Notes: generated by a model from the sequence alone, not told the origin. A stretch of 64,000 nucleotides of DNA from Ignavibacteriota bacterium (GCA_963776275.1 CAVZMI010000028.1:32001-96000); one strand, 5' to 3'; counted from the first letter of the stretch, positions 1 through 9,767 are shown. Numbers and translations are program-made.

Positions 1-1
1 T

Positions 2-238
2 CCGGTGGAAGGGAAGAAGACAGCGTATGCAATATATGTCGGAGGTTACCTCTATGAATGGCCATCGGGCAAAGGCAGCGACGCACTGAAAGCCTTGTCG
101 CCAATGATCAGTAAGGAGATGAAAATACCGTATCTCAAGACATTGCTACAAAACAAGTCGATCTTTCTGCCGGTGATCTACTCCGAGTGGAGAAAAAAGC
201 GGTTCGAACTATTAAGCACCGGTTGTACGGAATATTAG
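2..238 (+). CDS. C-terminal part of a hypothetical protein (starts before the window)
   Basis: Frame is open from the window edge to TAG at 236-238; no recognisable motif. Confidence 0.35.
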   Translation, partial: PVEGKKTAYAIYVGGYLYEWPSGKGSDALKALSPMISKEMKIPYLKTLLQNKSIFLPVIYSEWRKKRFELLSTGCTEY

Positions 239-311
239 AACACGAACCTTATCGGCAATATATAGGTTGAGCCGGCAGTCGCTGGGTGAGGGGGATACAG
301 TTGAGGCGAAG

Positions 312-403
312 AGAAATTCTTCTTTGTGTCCTCTACTATTGCCATTTCAATAGTACTTTGTGTCCTCTGTGTTTCCCTCAACAGCCATTGAAAAAAGAAA
401 AGC
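312..403 (+). repeat. Partial copy of dispersed ~250-bp intergenic repeat
   Basis: agaaattcttctttgtgtcctc...tagtactttgtgtcct...caacagccattgaaaaaagaaaagc matches 19553-19675 and, inverted, 36261-36380. Confidence 0.8.
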
Positions 404-511
404 CGATTAACACCCTCGCTCAGGAATTGCGTGATGAATGAGTGCGACTACCGCCGATTCCGTTTTTTCTATATATACCGTATATTGAGTTTAAACTAAG
501 AGATAAAATAA

Positions 512-850
512 ATGTACATCTCCAAATCAAAATATCTCTCCGGACTCCAGTGCCATAAACTTCTCTGGCACTATTATAATGCAAAAGACCTGATCCCTGA
601 GGTCGATGCTGCAACTCAGGCTATTTTCGACCAAGGACATCTGGTGGGGGAATATGCAAAAAAGCTCTTCCCGGGCGGCGTTGAAGTCTGCAAGGGGATT
701 TTTGATATCAAGGAAGTAATTCATAAATCAGTCCCTGCTTTAAAACTACGTAAACCTCTCTTTGAAGCAGCTTTTACATATAAAAATGCTTATGCGCGAA
801 TGTTTCATCCGGAACAGGCAGTACAATTCACAGGCAATGAAAGAATCTGA
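512..850 (+). pseudogene. 5' fragment of DUF2779-type (Cas4/PD-(D/E)xK-like) protein
   Basis: N-terminus ISKSKYLSGLQC.KLLW...FDQGHLVGEYAKKLFPGG...LFEAAF is typical of this ~480-aa family; the ORF diverges after AYAR (~800) and stops at 112 aa. Confidence 0.65.
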
Positions 851-927
851 CTGTGCAGGTGAAAATGAGCGTCTCCCGAAGGGGCGTCAGTAGGCACATT
901 CAACTTATGGGAGAGCAAGAATTCACT

Positions 928-1818
928 TTACCATCGGTATCTTTTACCATCAGGCGTGAAATGATCAGGATCATGATGGGAGGAATCGGGTTCTGGTCTG
1001 CTCTGTCGGTTGTAATCTTGTCTAATCCATATTAAGCTTAAGGTAGTGTTGTATGCTTTTAGAGGGATAACTTCCTCGTAAAGAAAGCACTTACTTCCTA
1101 TAATGTAATCTTCTAGCCACGCAACACCAGCCACTGTCTCTGGTTCTGACGGTGTAGCGCCCTTGTTAAAGTAGTCGTTTGCGCAAGCAAACTCATGAAG
1201 CGGAGTTCCTTTTCCCTTTATTCGATATGGGAAGCTCGGATTAACTGCAAACCAGTTTACTTTCTCATCCTTTGAGGCTATTATTGCACAAGGTGTCTTA
1301 CCGAGTTCAACATATCTAATTGCGGTAGCAGTTAAACTTGTTTGGAATTCATCAGCGATTTTTCCGATTTCCTTCAAGCTTGGTGTCTTATTAGCACAAA
1401 AAGTTCTGAAAATGTCAGTTGGCATTAGCAATTCAACCGCAAAAGCATTCGCCTCTTGCTCCTCATCTGATTTCTTATACCATTCTAGGAAAGATAACTC
1501 GGTACAAATCTCAATAGGAGATTTCTTCCGGTGTAGACCAAAATGTCCAAGCTCGTGGGCTATGGCAAACCTCTTTTTTCCGAGTTCAGGTATTTGCTTG
1601 TTGACAGTAATGATCCCGGTTTCCCCTATGGAGACGATGCGTGCTGCTGAACTAATGTTAGGTCTTTCAATAATAATCACATTCAAATCCGCAGCTATGT
1701 CTTCTATGTTGATATCTAAAGGATGACGAATGTTCCACTTGGAAATGATAGATCGAGCATGCGCGATCGCTAGAGTATCATGCATCCGGCTTGTCATCAT
1801 GTATCTCCGATTGCTCAT
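928..1818 (-). CDS. ImmA/IrrE family metallo-endopeptidase (CapP-like)
   Basis: RFAIAHELGH (HExxH), EQEANAFAVELLMP, F.TSLTATAIR, GAF-like C-terminal region; true start may be ATG at 1785. Confidence 0.9.
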   Translation of the reverse strand: MSNRRYMMTSRMHDTLAIAHARSIISKWNIRHPLDINIEDIAADLNVIIIERPNISSAARIVSIGETGIITVNKQIPELGKKRFAIAHELGHFGLHRKKSPIEICTELSFLEWYKKSDEEQEANAFAVELLMPTDIFRTFCANKTPSLKEIGKIADEFQTSLTATAIRYVELGKTPCAIIASKDEKVNWFAVNPSFPYRIKGKGTPLHEFACANDYFNKGATPSEPETVAGVAWLEDYIIGSKCFLYEEVIPLKAYNTTLSLIWIRQDYNRQSRPEPDSSHHDPDHFTPDGKRYRW

Positions 1819-2224
1819 CCTTCGTACCGAGCATTCTCAATGCCTCTACATCATTTAGAATATTTCGTAGATCATCTTCGCTGAGAGATTCTAACTTATG
1901 GAACGCAAGCTGGAGTTGTTCATCTCCAGCCGCAAGCTCTTTCAATTTCTTAAATAATGTCTCTTTTGTTTCATGACCAGTTTCCTTACTGAAGTTCACT
2001 AATGCTTCAATCATTCTTTTTCTTTTCTCACGAGCAAGGACGGTGCGTTGTTTCCGTTCAATATCTCCAATGAATTTTAATCCATCTTCGACGAGCTCAT
2101 CATAATTGTAGTCATTCTCACTTAGAATATCCTTCACCTGCTCTGGATTATTTTCAACATCGGAGTAAAGGAAATGCAACAGATGATTGATGATTATTCC
2201 GTATTTATTTTTTTCTTCTTGCAT
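1778..2224 (-). CDS. Hypothetical helical protein, candidate anti-sigma / IrrE substrate
   Basis: 148-aa ORF packed between the sigma-like and IrrE genes; C-terminal LAFHKLESLSEDDLRNIL. Confidence 0.7.
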   Translation of the reverse strand: MQEEKNKYGIIINHLLHFLYSDVENNPEQVKDILSENDYNYDELVEDGLKFIGDIERKQRTVLAREKRKRMIEALVNFSKETGHETKETLFKKLKELAAGDEQLQLAFHKLESLSEDDLRNILNDVEALRMLGTKDEQSEIHDDKPDA

Positions 2225-2236
2225 GTGATTTTTGTT

Positions 2237-2815
2237 TTAATTGTCTTTTCTATACTTTTCTGCCATCCTTCTTAGTCTCTTTTGTCCATTGTTGACATCC
2301 TCGACTTTAAGATTGAACAATTCGGCAATATCGGAGGGCTTATCAATACCCTCTTCAATACAAAGCAAGATGGTTTCGAGCATTTCATCGCCCTCCACAT
2401 CTTTGCGAAGATTCTCTATCAGATTCTTTGCACTTATTTCATCAAATGGAGTGAGTGTTTCTATTTGAAGATTTTCTAGTAGTTGGTCTTCATCATTATC
2501 ATTCTTTGCCTGAACATATACTCTTCGTAAGTGTTCCGAGGAGTATACAAGATGATTGATATTGCTATCCACGATGCTCTTCAAGTGTTTTAGGATGTCT
2601 GGTCGTCTCGATGGATCCCAATTTCTTCGACCCTCATATAGGGAAGCTATAGCGTCTTTTGCAATATCTTCAGGTTCAAGCCCACTGGGTGGTTTGTTAT
2701 CCGTTGACCGCCACTTAAGTTTCTTAATTTTCATAAGAGCATAGGTGACTAACGCTGGATAGATAGACTTCCAGTCCTGTGCTGCGAGCTTTTCAAAGAC
2801 ATCCGGACGAACCAA
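2237..2815 (-). CDS. ECF-like sigma-70 family protein
   Basis: Region-2-like EDIAKDAIASLYEGRRNWD...LKSIVDS and region-4 HTH KPSDIAELFNLKVEDVNNGQKRLRR; 192 aa. Confidence 0.75.
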   Translation of the reverse strand: MVRPDVFEKLAAQDWKSIYPALVTYALMKIKKLKWRSTDNKPPSGLEPEDIAKDAIASLYEGRRNWDPSRRPDILKHLKSIVDSNINHLVYSSEHLRRVYVQAKNDNDEDQLLENLQIETLTPFDEISAKNLIENLRKDVEGDEMLETILLCIEEGIDKPSDIAELFNLKVEDVNNGQKRLRRMAEKYRKDN

Positions 2816-2854
2816 GGTAAAGATGATCTATTAGTAATTGGTTCTATCGTCTAT

Positions 2855-2909
2855 TGCCGACGAAAAGGTGCTTTTTGCCATCATGGCAAAAATTAAGTTT
2901 TCATCGGCA
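2855..2909. promoter_or_regulatory. 55-bp symmetric element in the divergent promoter region
   Basis: tgccgacgaaaa-N5-tttttgcca-tca-tggcaaaaa-N5-ttttcatcggca: two pairs of inverted arms (11/12 and 9/9). Confidence 0.65.
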
Positions 2910-2991
2910 TATATATGTTAGAGGCAGGATTAAATCCCTGCTCAAATTATTCAAATTTAACATTAATAACCCTAAAAAGAAAGGACTTACG

Positions 2992-3264
2992 ATGTTAGAG
3001 ACAAAGCAGCAAGAAAAACAGAAGGAAAAAGAACATCCCGTCTTTCAATACACAGTGGATGGGGAGGCACAGACTACCACAGAGCATATTCTAACACCCA
3101 TCGCAATAATGAAGAATGCTGGCGTGGATCCAAACACTCACTATCTTGTTCAAATGATAGGGAATACTAGAAAGTCATATCAGGATAATCCGAACGAAGA
3201 AATTCATATGCACAATCATATGGTCTTCTTCACGAATGCAATTGGACCGACACCTGTATCTTGA
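2992..3264 (+). CDS. Ubiquitin-like (multiubiquitin-domain) protein
   Basis: ATG 2992 after AAAGGA; 90 aa; YTVDGE...LTPIAIMKNAG.DP..HYLV...EIHM...M.F beta-grasp pattern; ends GPTPVS. Confidence 0.75.
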   Translation: MLETKQQEKQKEKEHPVFQYTVDGEAQTTTEHILTPIAIMKNAGVDPNTHYLVQMIGNTRKSYQDNPNEEIHMHNHMVFFTNAIGPTPVS

Positions 3265-3276
3265 AGTGAGACAAAG

Positions 3277-3635
3277 ATGGCGCGGAAAGATTTCATTGAT
3301 CAGCTCCGAGCTCTCGGTTATGATCCGCAAGAGTTTGGAGACAACAAGGTTGCCTTTCTTTACACGATCCCTGTCGGCAAGTTTGGAGGAAAAGAAATTA
3401 TGCTTGGTTTCGTTGTCGGAGAGGATTTCAATTTGAATCCTCCGGGTGACCTCACATATCCCCGGAACTACTGACTCGTCAATCTGGTGGAACACATCCT
3501 TCCGGAGGAATCATTGAAAGTCCGTTTGGTGCTGGTTGGCAATATTGGAGCCGTCCATTCCATAATTGGAACAGCACCGATCGAACAGTCCGTGCGTACA
3601 TGGCTCACATCCGACACCTTTTCGATACTCAATGA
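3277..3635 (+). CDS. Prokaryotic E2-like protein, split by a 1-nt frameshift at ~3448
   Basis: Adding one G (ccg ggt gGa cct) gives ~119 aa ...FNLNPPGGPHISP...GWQYWSRPFHNW...VRAYMAHIRHLFDTQ*, whose TGA overlaps the ATG of the next gene (ATGA). Confidence 0.75.
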
Positions 3636-5152
3636 CTTACAGTGTCGCCATACCTCAAAATGTACATGCTCAGGCATGTGCACACCTAATTCGAAATGAT
3701 GGGCAGGAAGATCTGTGCTTTGCCCTATGGTATCCCAGTCTGGGAAGCAATCGTAGATCTGCACTGATACAGAAACTAATCCTTCCACTTCACGGAGAAA
3801 GGTGTGTGCATGGCAATGCAAGTTTCTTGTCCGAATATTTTGAACGTGCCTTGCAGTTTGTAGTAAGTTCAAATGCTGGACTCGCTTTCATACATAGTCA
3901 CTTAAGCCCCGGCTGTCAGGGGATGAGCGGTGATGATATAAATGCTGAACAAGGTCACGCAGCTGCTGCATTCGGAATTACGGGACTACCGTTGGTGGGA
4001 CTCACAATAGGATGTGATGGTGCATGGAGTGCACGCTTCTGGGAAAGAATAGCCAACAGGAATTATCAGAAACGCTGGTGCTCTTCTGTGAGAATTGTTG
4101 GGCAACAATTGATAGTTACCTACAATGATTGTTTGATAGCTCCTCCGGCTATGCGTGAAGAACTTTCACGGACGATTTCCGCATGGGGTCAAAAAGCACA
4201 AGCACACCTCGCAAGGTTGCGTGTCGGAATTGTAGGTACGGGAAGCGTTGGAAGTATCATTGCCGAGGCGTTAGCAAGAATGGGATTATCACACATAAGC
4301 TTGATCGATTTCGATTCTGTCGAGAGAATAAACCTTGATCGGATTCTCCATGCAACAGTCGAAGACGCAGAATTGTGCAGAGCGAAGGTCCAAGTTCTTG
4401 CTGAAGCCATCAGAAGAAGTGCAACTGCTGATCCCTTTACGGTGGATGCATTAGAATATAGTATTATCGAAGAAGAAGGTTACAAAGCTGCACTCGACTG
4501 CAACGTCCTTTTTAGCTGCGTCGATAGACCATGGCCAAGATCAGTCCTTAATTTCATAGCGTATGCTCACCTCATACCCATTGTTGATGGGGGTTTGAAA
4601 ATTGAATCCAAGAAAGATGGTTCTGGTTTGAGACGAGCAGATTGGCGTGCGCACATCGCAACAATAGATCGACCTTGTCTAGAGTGTATAGGACAATACG
4701 ACGCGGGGTTGGTGTCCGCTGAAAGAGATGGTTACCTGGATGATCCAAGGTATATCGAAGAGTTCCCCGATGACCAGACAATCAAAAGAAACGAAAACGT
4801 CTTTGGATTCAGTTTGAGTGTGGCATCATTTGAAATCCTCCAGTTCCTCGCAATGATAATAGCTCCGCTGGGTCAATCAAATCCGGGCACACAGAACTAT
4901 CACTTTATTACTGCTACTCTCGACTCTGATTGGAATAAGAAATGCAATCCCAAATGTGCTTTCCTGCAATTGGTAGCACGTGGTGACCGAGCGGGTATAT
5001 CGATCACAGGCGAGCACAAGGTTGCGGAAATGAAACGAGAAGAGCGGAAGCAATTCAAGGAAATGCACAAAGCTTCGACAGATCAAGACGACGGGATTTG
5101 GAAGCGAATAAAGACAAAATGTATTCGTGCAGTACAGCGATGGCTGAGTTAA
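3632..5152 (+). CDS. JAB/JAMM peptidase - ThiF/E1 fusion
   Basis: N-terminal E...HSH....GMS.DD JAMM motif; C-terminal GIVGTGSVGS, DFDSVERINLDR, CVD, CLEC...CNPKC; start ATG 3632. Confidence 0.88.
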   Translation: MTYSVAIPQNVHAQACAHLIRNDGQEDLCFALWYPSLGSNRRSALIQKLILPLHGERCVHGNASFLSEYFERALQFVVSSNAGLAFIHSHLSPGCQGMSGDDINAEQGHAAAAFGITGLPLVGLTIGCDGAWSARFWERIANRNYQKRWCSSVRIVGQQLIVTYNDCLIAPPAMREELSRTISAWGQKAQAHLARLRVGIVGTGSVGSIIAEALARMGLSHISLIDFDSVERINLDRILHATVEDAELCRAKVQVLAEAIRRSATADPFTVDALEYSIIEEEGYKAALDCNVLFSCVDRPWPRSVLNFIAYAHLIPIVDGGLKIESKKDGSGLRRADWRAHIATIDRPCLECIGQYDAGLVSAERDGYLDDPRYIEEFPDDQTIKRNENVFGFSLSVASFEILQFLAMIIAPLGQSNPGTQNYHFITATLDSDWNKKCNPKCAFLQLVARGDRAGISITGEHKVAEMKREERKQFKEMHKASTDQDDGIWKRIKTKCIRAVQRWLS

Positions 5153-5538
5153 AGATGGTCAATCTCGATATGTTTGAGAGAACTTTTTAGGAAATCAACA
5201 ATCAAAGATCGGTGACAGTTGTGCACTTCCCTTTCTAAGCAAGTAAGGCATACACATGATTTGTGAAAGTCAAGATATTATCTGACATGGTTTAAATTAA
5301 CTCGATATCCTTAATAGTTGTATGTTCTCATATAAGCGATCAAGAGATTTTTCATGAGCAAGTGGAATCGTGTCGAGAAAAGTTTGCATCGGAGTTTTAT
5401 CAGAATAATACTTGCAGCTATGTAGACGTTGGGTGTTGTATTCATTCAGCAAATGATCGAGATCCACTTGGATCTTTTCTTACGAATGTGTCAAATAATA
5501 TTATAGCTATTGCAATTCAAGACAGGGACAACTTGTAA

Positions 5539-6237
5539 TCAGCAGGTCAAGATAGATTCATTCAATTCTCTACGGTATTGCTTCCATTGTGGCAGATATT
5601 GATTCATAAGAGAATAGAATCGTTCGTTATGATGACGTTCTAAAATATGAATCATTTCGTGAACAACGATATATTCTATGCAATGAAGTGGTTTTTTGGC
5701 CAATTCAAGATTAAGCCAGATTCTTCTCGCCTTGTTATTACAACTTCCCCACTTTCGTTTCATTTTTTTGATACCATATTCTGCAACTTCAACATTCATA
5801 TTTTTCGACCACTTGGAGATGTATCCAGGAACAATTTCTTTTAATCTATTTCTATACCAAGTTTCAATAATATCCCTTTTATTTTGAAGATTTGTTGTAT
5901 CTCTTACATACAATTCTATAATACTGTGTTTTAATACTACTTTGGGGACACTGGGGAGTTCAATAACTTTGAGCAAATAACGTTTACCTAGAAAATAATG
6001 GCTTTCTCTATCTTTGTATTCTCTTAGTGTTAATCGTTCCTGCCCTATAAATTTACGCTTGTGTTTTTTTATCCAAATTATTTTCGATATTGCGAATAAT
6101 CGGACAGCATCATCATTGATACGAAATGGTGCAGCAATACGAACTCTTCCTGTTGGTGGATAAACAGCGAGATGTATGTTCTTAATATCTTTGCGAACTA
6201 CATCAATGGGAATATTGCCAATAGTGATACGTTCCAT
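5539..6237 (-). CDS. YgjP/DUF45 (M48-like) zinc metalloprotein associated with type I R-M
   Basis: KKMKRKWGSCN, EYIVVHEMIH...HNERF; directly downstream of hsdR. Confidence 0.88.
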   Translation of the reverse strand: MERITIGNIPIDVVRKDIKNIHLAVYPPTGRVRIAAPFRINDDAVRLFAISKIIWIKKHKRKFIGQERLTLREYKDRESHYFLGKRYLLKVIELPSVPKVVLKHSIIELYVRDTTNLQNKRDIIETWYRNRLKEIVPGYISKWSKNMNVEVAEYGIKKMKRKWGSCNNKARRIWLNLELAKKPLHCIEYIVVHEMIHILERHHNERFYSLMNQYLPQWKQYRRELNESILTC

Positions 6238-9200
6238 TAGTATTCTCTTTGGTTCTTTACCAAATCAAATATCCTGTGAATTTCGCTTTCTTCCGAAATA
6301 CCATATTTATTCAAAACTTCCTCAATAGCTAATCTCACTTCTTTCAATTTTATTTTATGATCACGCCAAGCATCTTTTTTTGTTGTAATGATTTTCTCAT
6401 CTAATTCATTTGCCAAAGCCTCATTCTTTCCAAGGTTATCATATAGATTACGTTTGGCTGATGTGTTAAGTGATGAAGGATATGCAATTGTAGTATTTGG
6501 TTTTTTTACTTTCAGTGTTAAATCAATTATTTTCTGAAGATATTTTTCGTATTCTAAAGTGGCTTCTTTTCTCAATTCTATTAGTTCATCTAAAAGTACA
6601 CTCATTTTCTCGTAATACATCGGATTTGTCGGACTTTCTTCAATTATTACTTTCCGCAAGTTGTTTTCAATGGTTTCAGCCATTGCATCTTTATCACTTT
6701 GAATATTTTTAGGTAAACTATTGACAGCGTCTTTCCCTTTTTCAACCAATAGGTCTACCAAACTCAGATCATCAAAGTTTGCTAAGATTCGACTTTCTTC
6801 TGCACCAATGTAACTATCGATCAGATGACGCATAGCAGGTTCATATTGTTTTAAGTCAATATAATCACCACTTGCTAATTGAATTTCTTTTCGAAGGTTT
6901 TCAAAATGTTTAATCTCGTTTTTAATTTGCTCGGTTTCTTTATCTGAATATCCAGCTTCTTTCATTTCATCTGCTATGTTTGCATAAGCCCTAATGAGTG
7001 CAATGGTGAGTTTATATAAGGCAACCCGTCTTGGTTCGGTGTCCTTCAGTTCATCCGGATTTTCGGTATTTTTCCCACAAAAGTAACGAATGTATGCTAA
7101 ACTGTTCTTTGGTGGCTCCACTGGTTCGCATAAAGCCTTGATAGCTTCGAGCGCTTCATTTAATCTTTCTACACCTTTCTTTAGGCGATCTTTCAGCAAC
7201 CCTTCTACGTCAGATTTTTCATATGCATCAAAAGCACCCGAAGTGTAATCATTGAATGCATTTTTTAAACTATCGAATAAATCCATGTAGTCAATGATAT
7301 AACCGTAGTCTTTATCATCATCATCCAAACGGTTTACTCGACAGACAGCCTGAAAAAGGCCATGATCACGCATTTTTTTATCGATGTAGAGATAAGTAGC
7401 CGAGGGTGCATCAAATCCCACAAGGAGTTTGTTTACAACTACCAACAATTTCATTTGAGCTGGTTCATCTACGAATTTTTTCTTAACCTCTTTTTCAAAT
7501 TGTTCAACTTTATTAATGGCTGTCTCAGGATCTTCATTGAAATATTCTGCCAGCATTTTACGATAAATTTCAAACCGCTGTAATTTTTCGGTGTATCCTT
7601 CGCCCGTTTCTTCGCCTTTGATATCAGCATACGAAGGTACAAATGATGTAACGATAGCACAATTATTTAACCCTGCATTTTGAAACAATTCATAATAACG
7701 GCATGCATTATAAATACTATCAGAGACCAACATGGCGTTGCCTCTGCCGTTTTGTAAGCGTTCTTTTTTCTCCATATCCATCATAATATCAATCACGATT
7801 TTTTCTAAACGTGATTTAGAGCTAAACACTTTTTTGAGCGTACCCCATTTCTGTTTCAGTTCAGTTTTTGCAAGCTCGGTGAGTCCCCGGGTTTTAAGTT
7901 CAAACCATTCATCTATCTTTTCAGGAGAAGTGATATTTTGTTCAATATCCCTAGCCTCGTAGCGTAAATCCAATACAATTTTGTCGGTCACAGCCTCATC
8001 AAATTTGTAGGTATGGATGTATTTGCCAAAAACTTCCCAACTGGTTTGTTTATCAACTTTTAATAGCGGTGTTCCTGTAAAACCTATGAAAATGGCATTA
8101 GGCAAAAACCCTTTCATGGCTTCGTGTAATTTGCCCGACTGCGTGCGATGGCATTCATCTACAAATACATAGAATTCTCCCTTGGCCTTGAAATCAGATG
8201 GGATGCCGCTTTTCAATTCCTGCAAATAAGCATCTACATCGCCTTCTTCTTTTCCGCCAAACTTATGAACCAAAGAACACATTAGCCAAGGTGAATTATC
8301 ATTGAGTTTATTTAATAAATCCTTTCCGCTTTTGGTCCGATAGATTATTTCAGAAACTCCGTTGTAAACTTTCTCAATCTGTTCATCCAGTTCTTCACGA
8401 TCAGTAATGATGAGTACTCTGCCATTAGGATTGTATTCTCTTATCCATTTGGTAAGCCAAACCATTGTCAAACTCTTTCCACTCCCCTGTGTATGCCAAA
8501 TGATGCCACCTTCTCTATGTCTTAAAAACTCTTGTGCGGCTTTTACGCCAAAATATTGATTATGACGGCAAAGTTTTTTGATACCCCGGTCATATACAAT
8601 AAAGTCATGCAATAACTCAATAAAACGCTCCTTGTTGAGCAATTCTATAATATTTTTATCTAGCGGATACTTATACTTAGCTGCCTTATCGCGGATGGGT
8701 TTGGTAAGCTGCAACAAATATGCGTCGTTCTTATTAGCATCTTCGCTTACCTCTTTCCATTTTAAATAATACTTTTCTTTATTCGTATTCGGATCAATTG
8801 CTCCATAACGAATTCCTTCAGTATCGTTTCCTGCCATTACGAACTGAATAGTAGAGAAAAAGTGCTTGATGAAAATATGTTTTTGGTTGTCTAAATTCTG
8901 CCTTATTCCTTCCGATATAGAGACGGTACTTCGCTTAAGTTCTAACATGGCTATTGCAATGCCGTTAACGTAAAGCACAATGTCAGGACGTTTCTTATGA
9001 ATGCCTTTTATTGTTACTTCTTCAGCAATGGCAAAATCATTTTCATTGGGATTCTTCCAATCAATAAGCCAAACGGTTTCTTTATTCTGACCGATTTCTG
9101 GCTGCACATTTACACCATAGCGAAGCATGGAATACACTTCTTTGTTCACATCATATAATGATCTGTTCTGATCATAGACAACCTTATTGAATTCATATAA

Positions 9201-9767
9201 TGCTTTATCAATCAGATTTTCACTGTAACCTTTTCTGCTAAGCCAGGCGCTTAAATATTCTTCTTCAACATTGCTATTATTTTCTCTTTCTTCCCAATTA
9301 CCTAAATAGCGGTACTTTAGTTCGTTTTGGAATAAGGAAACCACTCGGTTCTGCGTAATCCTTTCCAATTTCCCAACATTCGATTTTGCGGATCCCTCCT
9401 GTAAGCGTTTTAATACACTTTTCTTTATCTCGGAAGCCATCATAGTATCGGGTGGTACTACAATCAAACCTTCGGCAGGAAGCATATCGTCACTGATAAT
9501 ACCTGTGTAAATATTTGCAATAACTGTATTCTTGTTTTCAAATACTCCAATGTAGTAATTTGATTCACTTACTTCGAATAAGGACCTTAAATCCATTTTG
9601 CCAACCAAGAAAATACTGGTTTCTTCTGCGTTTACTTTCTTGCCTATATAATGCTGTTTTTCATCGTCCAACAACACGAAGAGGAAATTGCTCTGACGTT
9701 CATCCTCACATAGGATGAGCGTAGGAATTTCGTAATAGTAGAGCTGTTTAATGACGTTTAATTTCAT
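6237..9767 (-). CDS. hsdR: Type I restriction enzyme subunit R with ~128-aa extra N-terminal domain
   Basis: RPDIVLYVNG...ELK nuclease motif, HTQGSGKS Walker A, DECHR, QAVCRVNR; the typical HsdR N-terminus SNVGKLERITQNRV begins at residue ~129. Confidence 0.95.
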   Translation of the reverse strand: MKLNVIKQLYYYEIPTLILCEDERQSNFLFVLLDDEKQHYIGKKVNAEETSIFLVGKMDLRSLFEVSESNYYIGVFENKNTVIANIYTGIISDDMLPAEGLIVVPPDTMMASEIKKSVLKRLQEGSAKSNVGKLERITQNRVVSLFQNELKYRYLGNWEERENNSNVEEEYLSAWLSRKGYSENLIDKALYEFNKVVYDQNRSLYDVNKEVYSMLRYGVNVQPEIGQNKETVWLIDWKNPNENDFAIAEEVTIKGIHKKRPDIVLYVNGIAIAMLELKRSTVSISEGIRQNLDNQKHIFIKHFFSTIQFVMAGNDTEGIRYGAIDPNTNKEKYYLKWKEVSEDANKNDAYLLQLTKPIRDKAAKYKYPLDKNIIELLNKERFIELLHDFIVYDRGIKKLCRHNQYFGVKAAQEFLRHREGGIIWHTQGSGKSLTMVWLTKWIREYNPNGRVLIITDREELDEQIEKVYNGVSEIIYRTKSGKDLLNKLNDNSPWLMCSLVHKFGGKEEGDVDAYLQELKSGIPSDFKAKGEFYVFVDECHRTQSGKLHEAMKGFLPNAIFIGFTGTPLLKVDKQTSWEVFGKYIHTYKFDEAVTDKIVLDLRYEARDIEQNITSPEKIDEWFELKTRGLTELAKTELKQKWGTLKKVFSSKSRLEKIVIDIMMDMEKKERLQNGRGNAMLVSDSIYNACRYYELFQNAGLNNCAIVTSFVPSYADIKGEETGEGYTEKLQRFEIYRKMLAEYFNEDPETAINKVEQFEKEVKKKFVDEPAQMKLLVVVNKLLVGFDAPSATYLYIDKKMRDHGLFQAVCRVNRLDDDDKDYGYIIDYMDLFDSLKNAFNDYTSGAFDAYEKSDVEGLLKDRLKKGVERLNEALEAIKALCEPVEPPKNSLAYIRYFCGKNTENPDELKDTEPRRVALYKLTIALIRAYANIADEMKEAGYSDKETEQIKNEIKHFENLRKEIQLASGDYIDLKQYEPAMRHLIDSYIGAEESRILANFDDLSLVDLLVEKGKDAVNSLPKNIQSDKDAMAETIENNLRKVIIEESPTNPMYYEKMSVLLDELIELRKEATLEYEKYLQKIIDLTLKVKKPNTTIAYPSSLNTSAKRNLYDNLGKNEALANELDEKIITTKKDAWRDHKIKLKEVRLAIEEVLNKYGISEESEIHRIFDLVKNQREY

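Noticed and set aside
265-340. Group II intron domain V/VI
   Set aside because: gagccg...ctactat resemblance only; no proper domain V helix, and the 3' part belongs to the dispersed repeat.
801-816. parS site
   Set aside because: Only 12/16 match to TGTTTCACGTGAAACA, with the central CGT lost.
3487-3699. 70-aa ORF and the upstream extension of the E1 ORF from 3566
   Set aside because: Wrong frames; the region is the frameshifted 3' half of the E2-like gene, and E1 starts at 3632.
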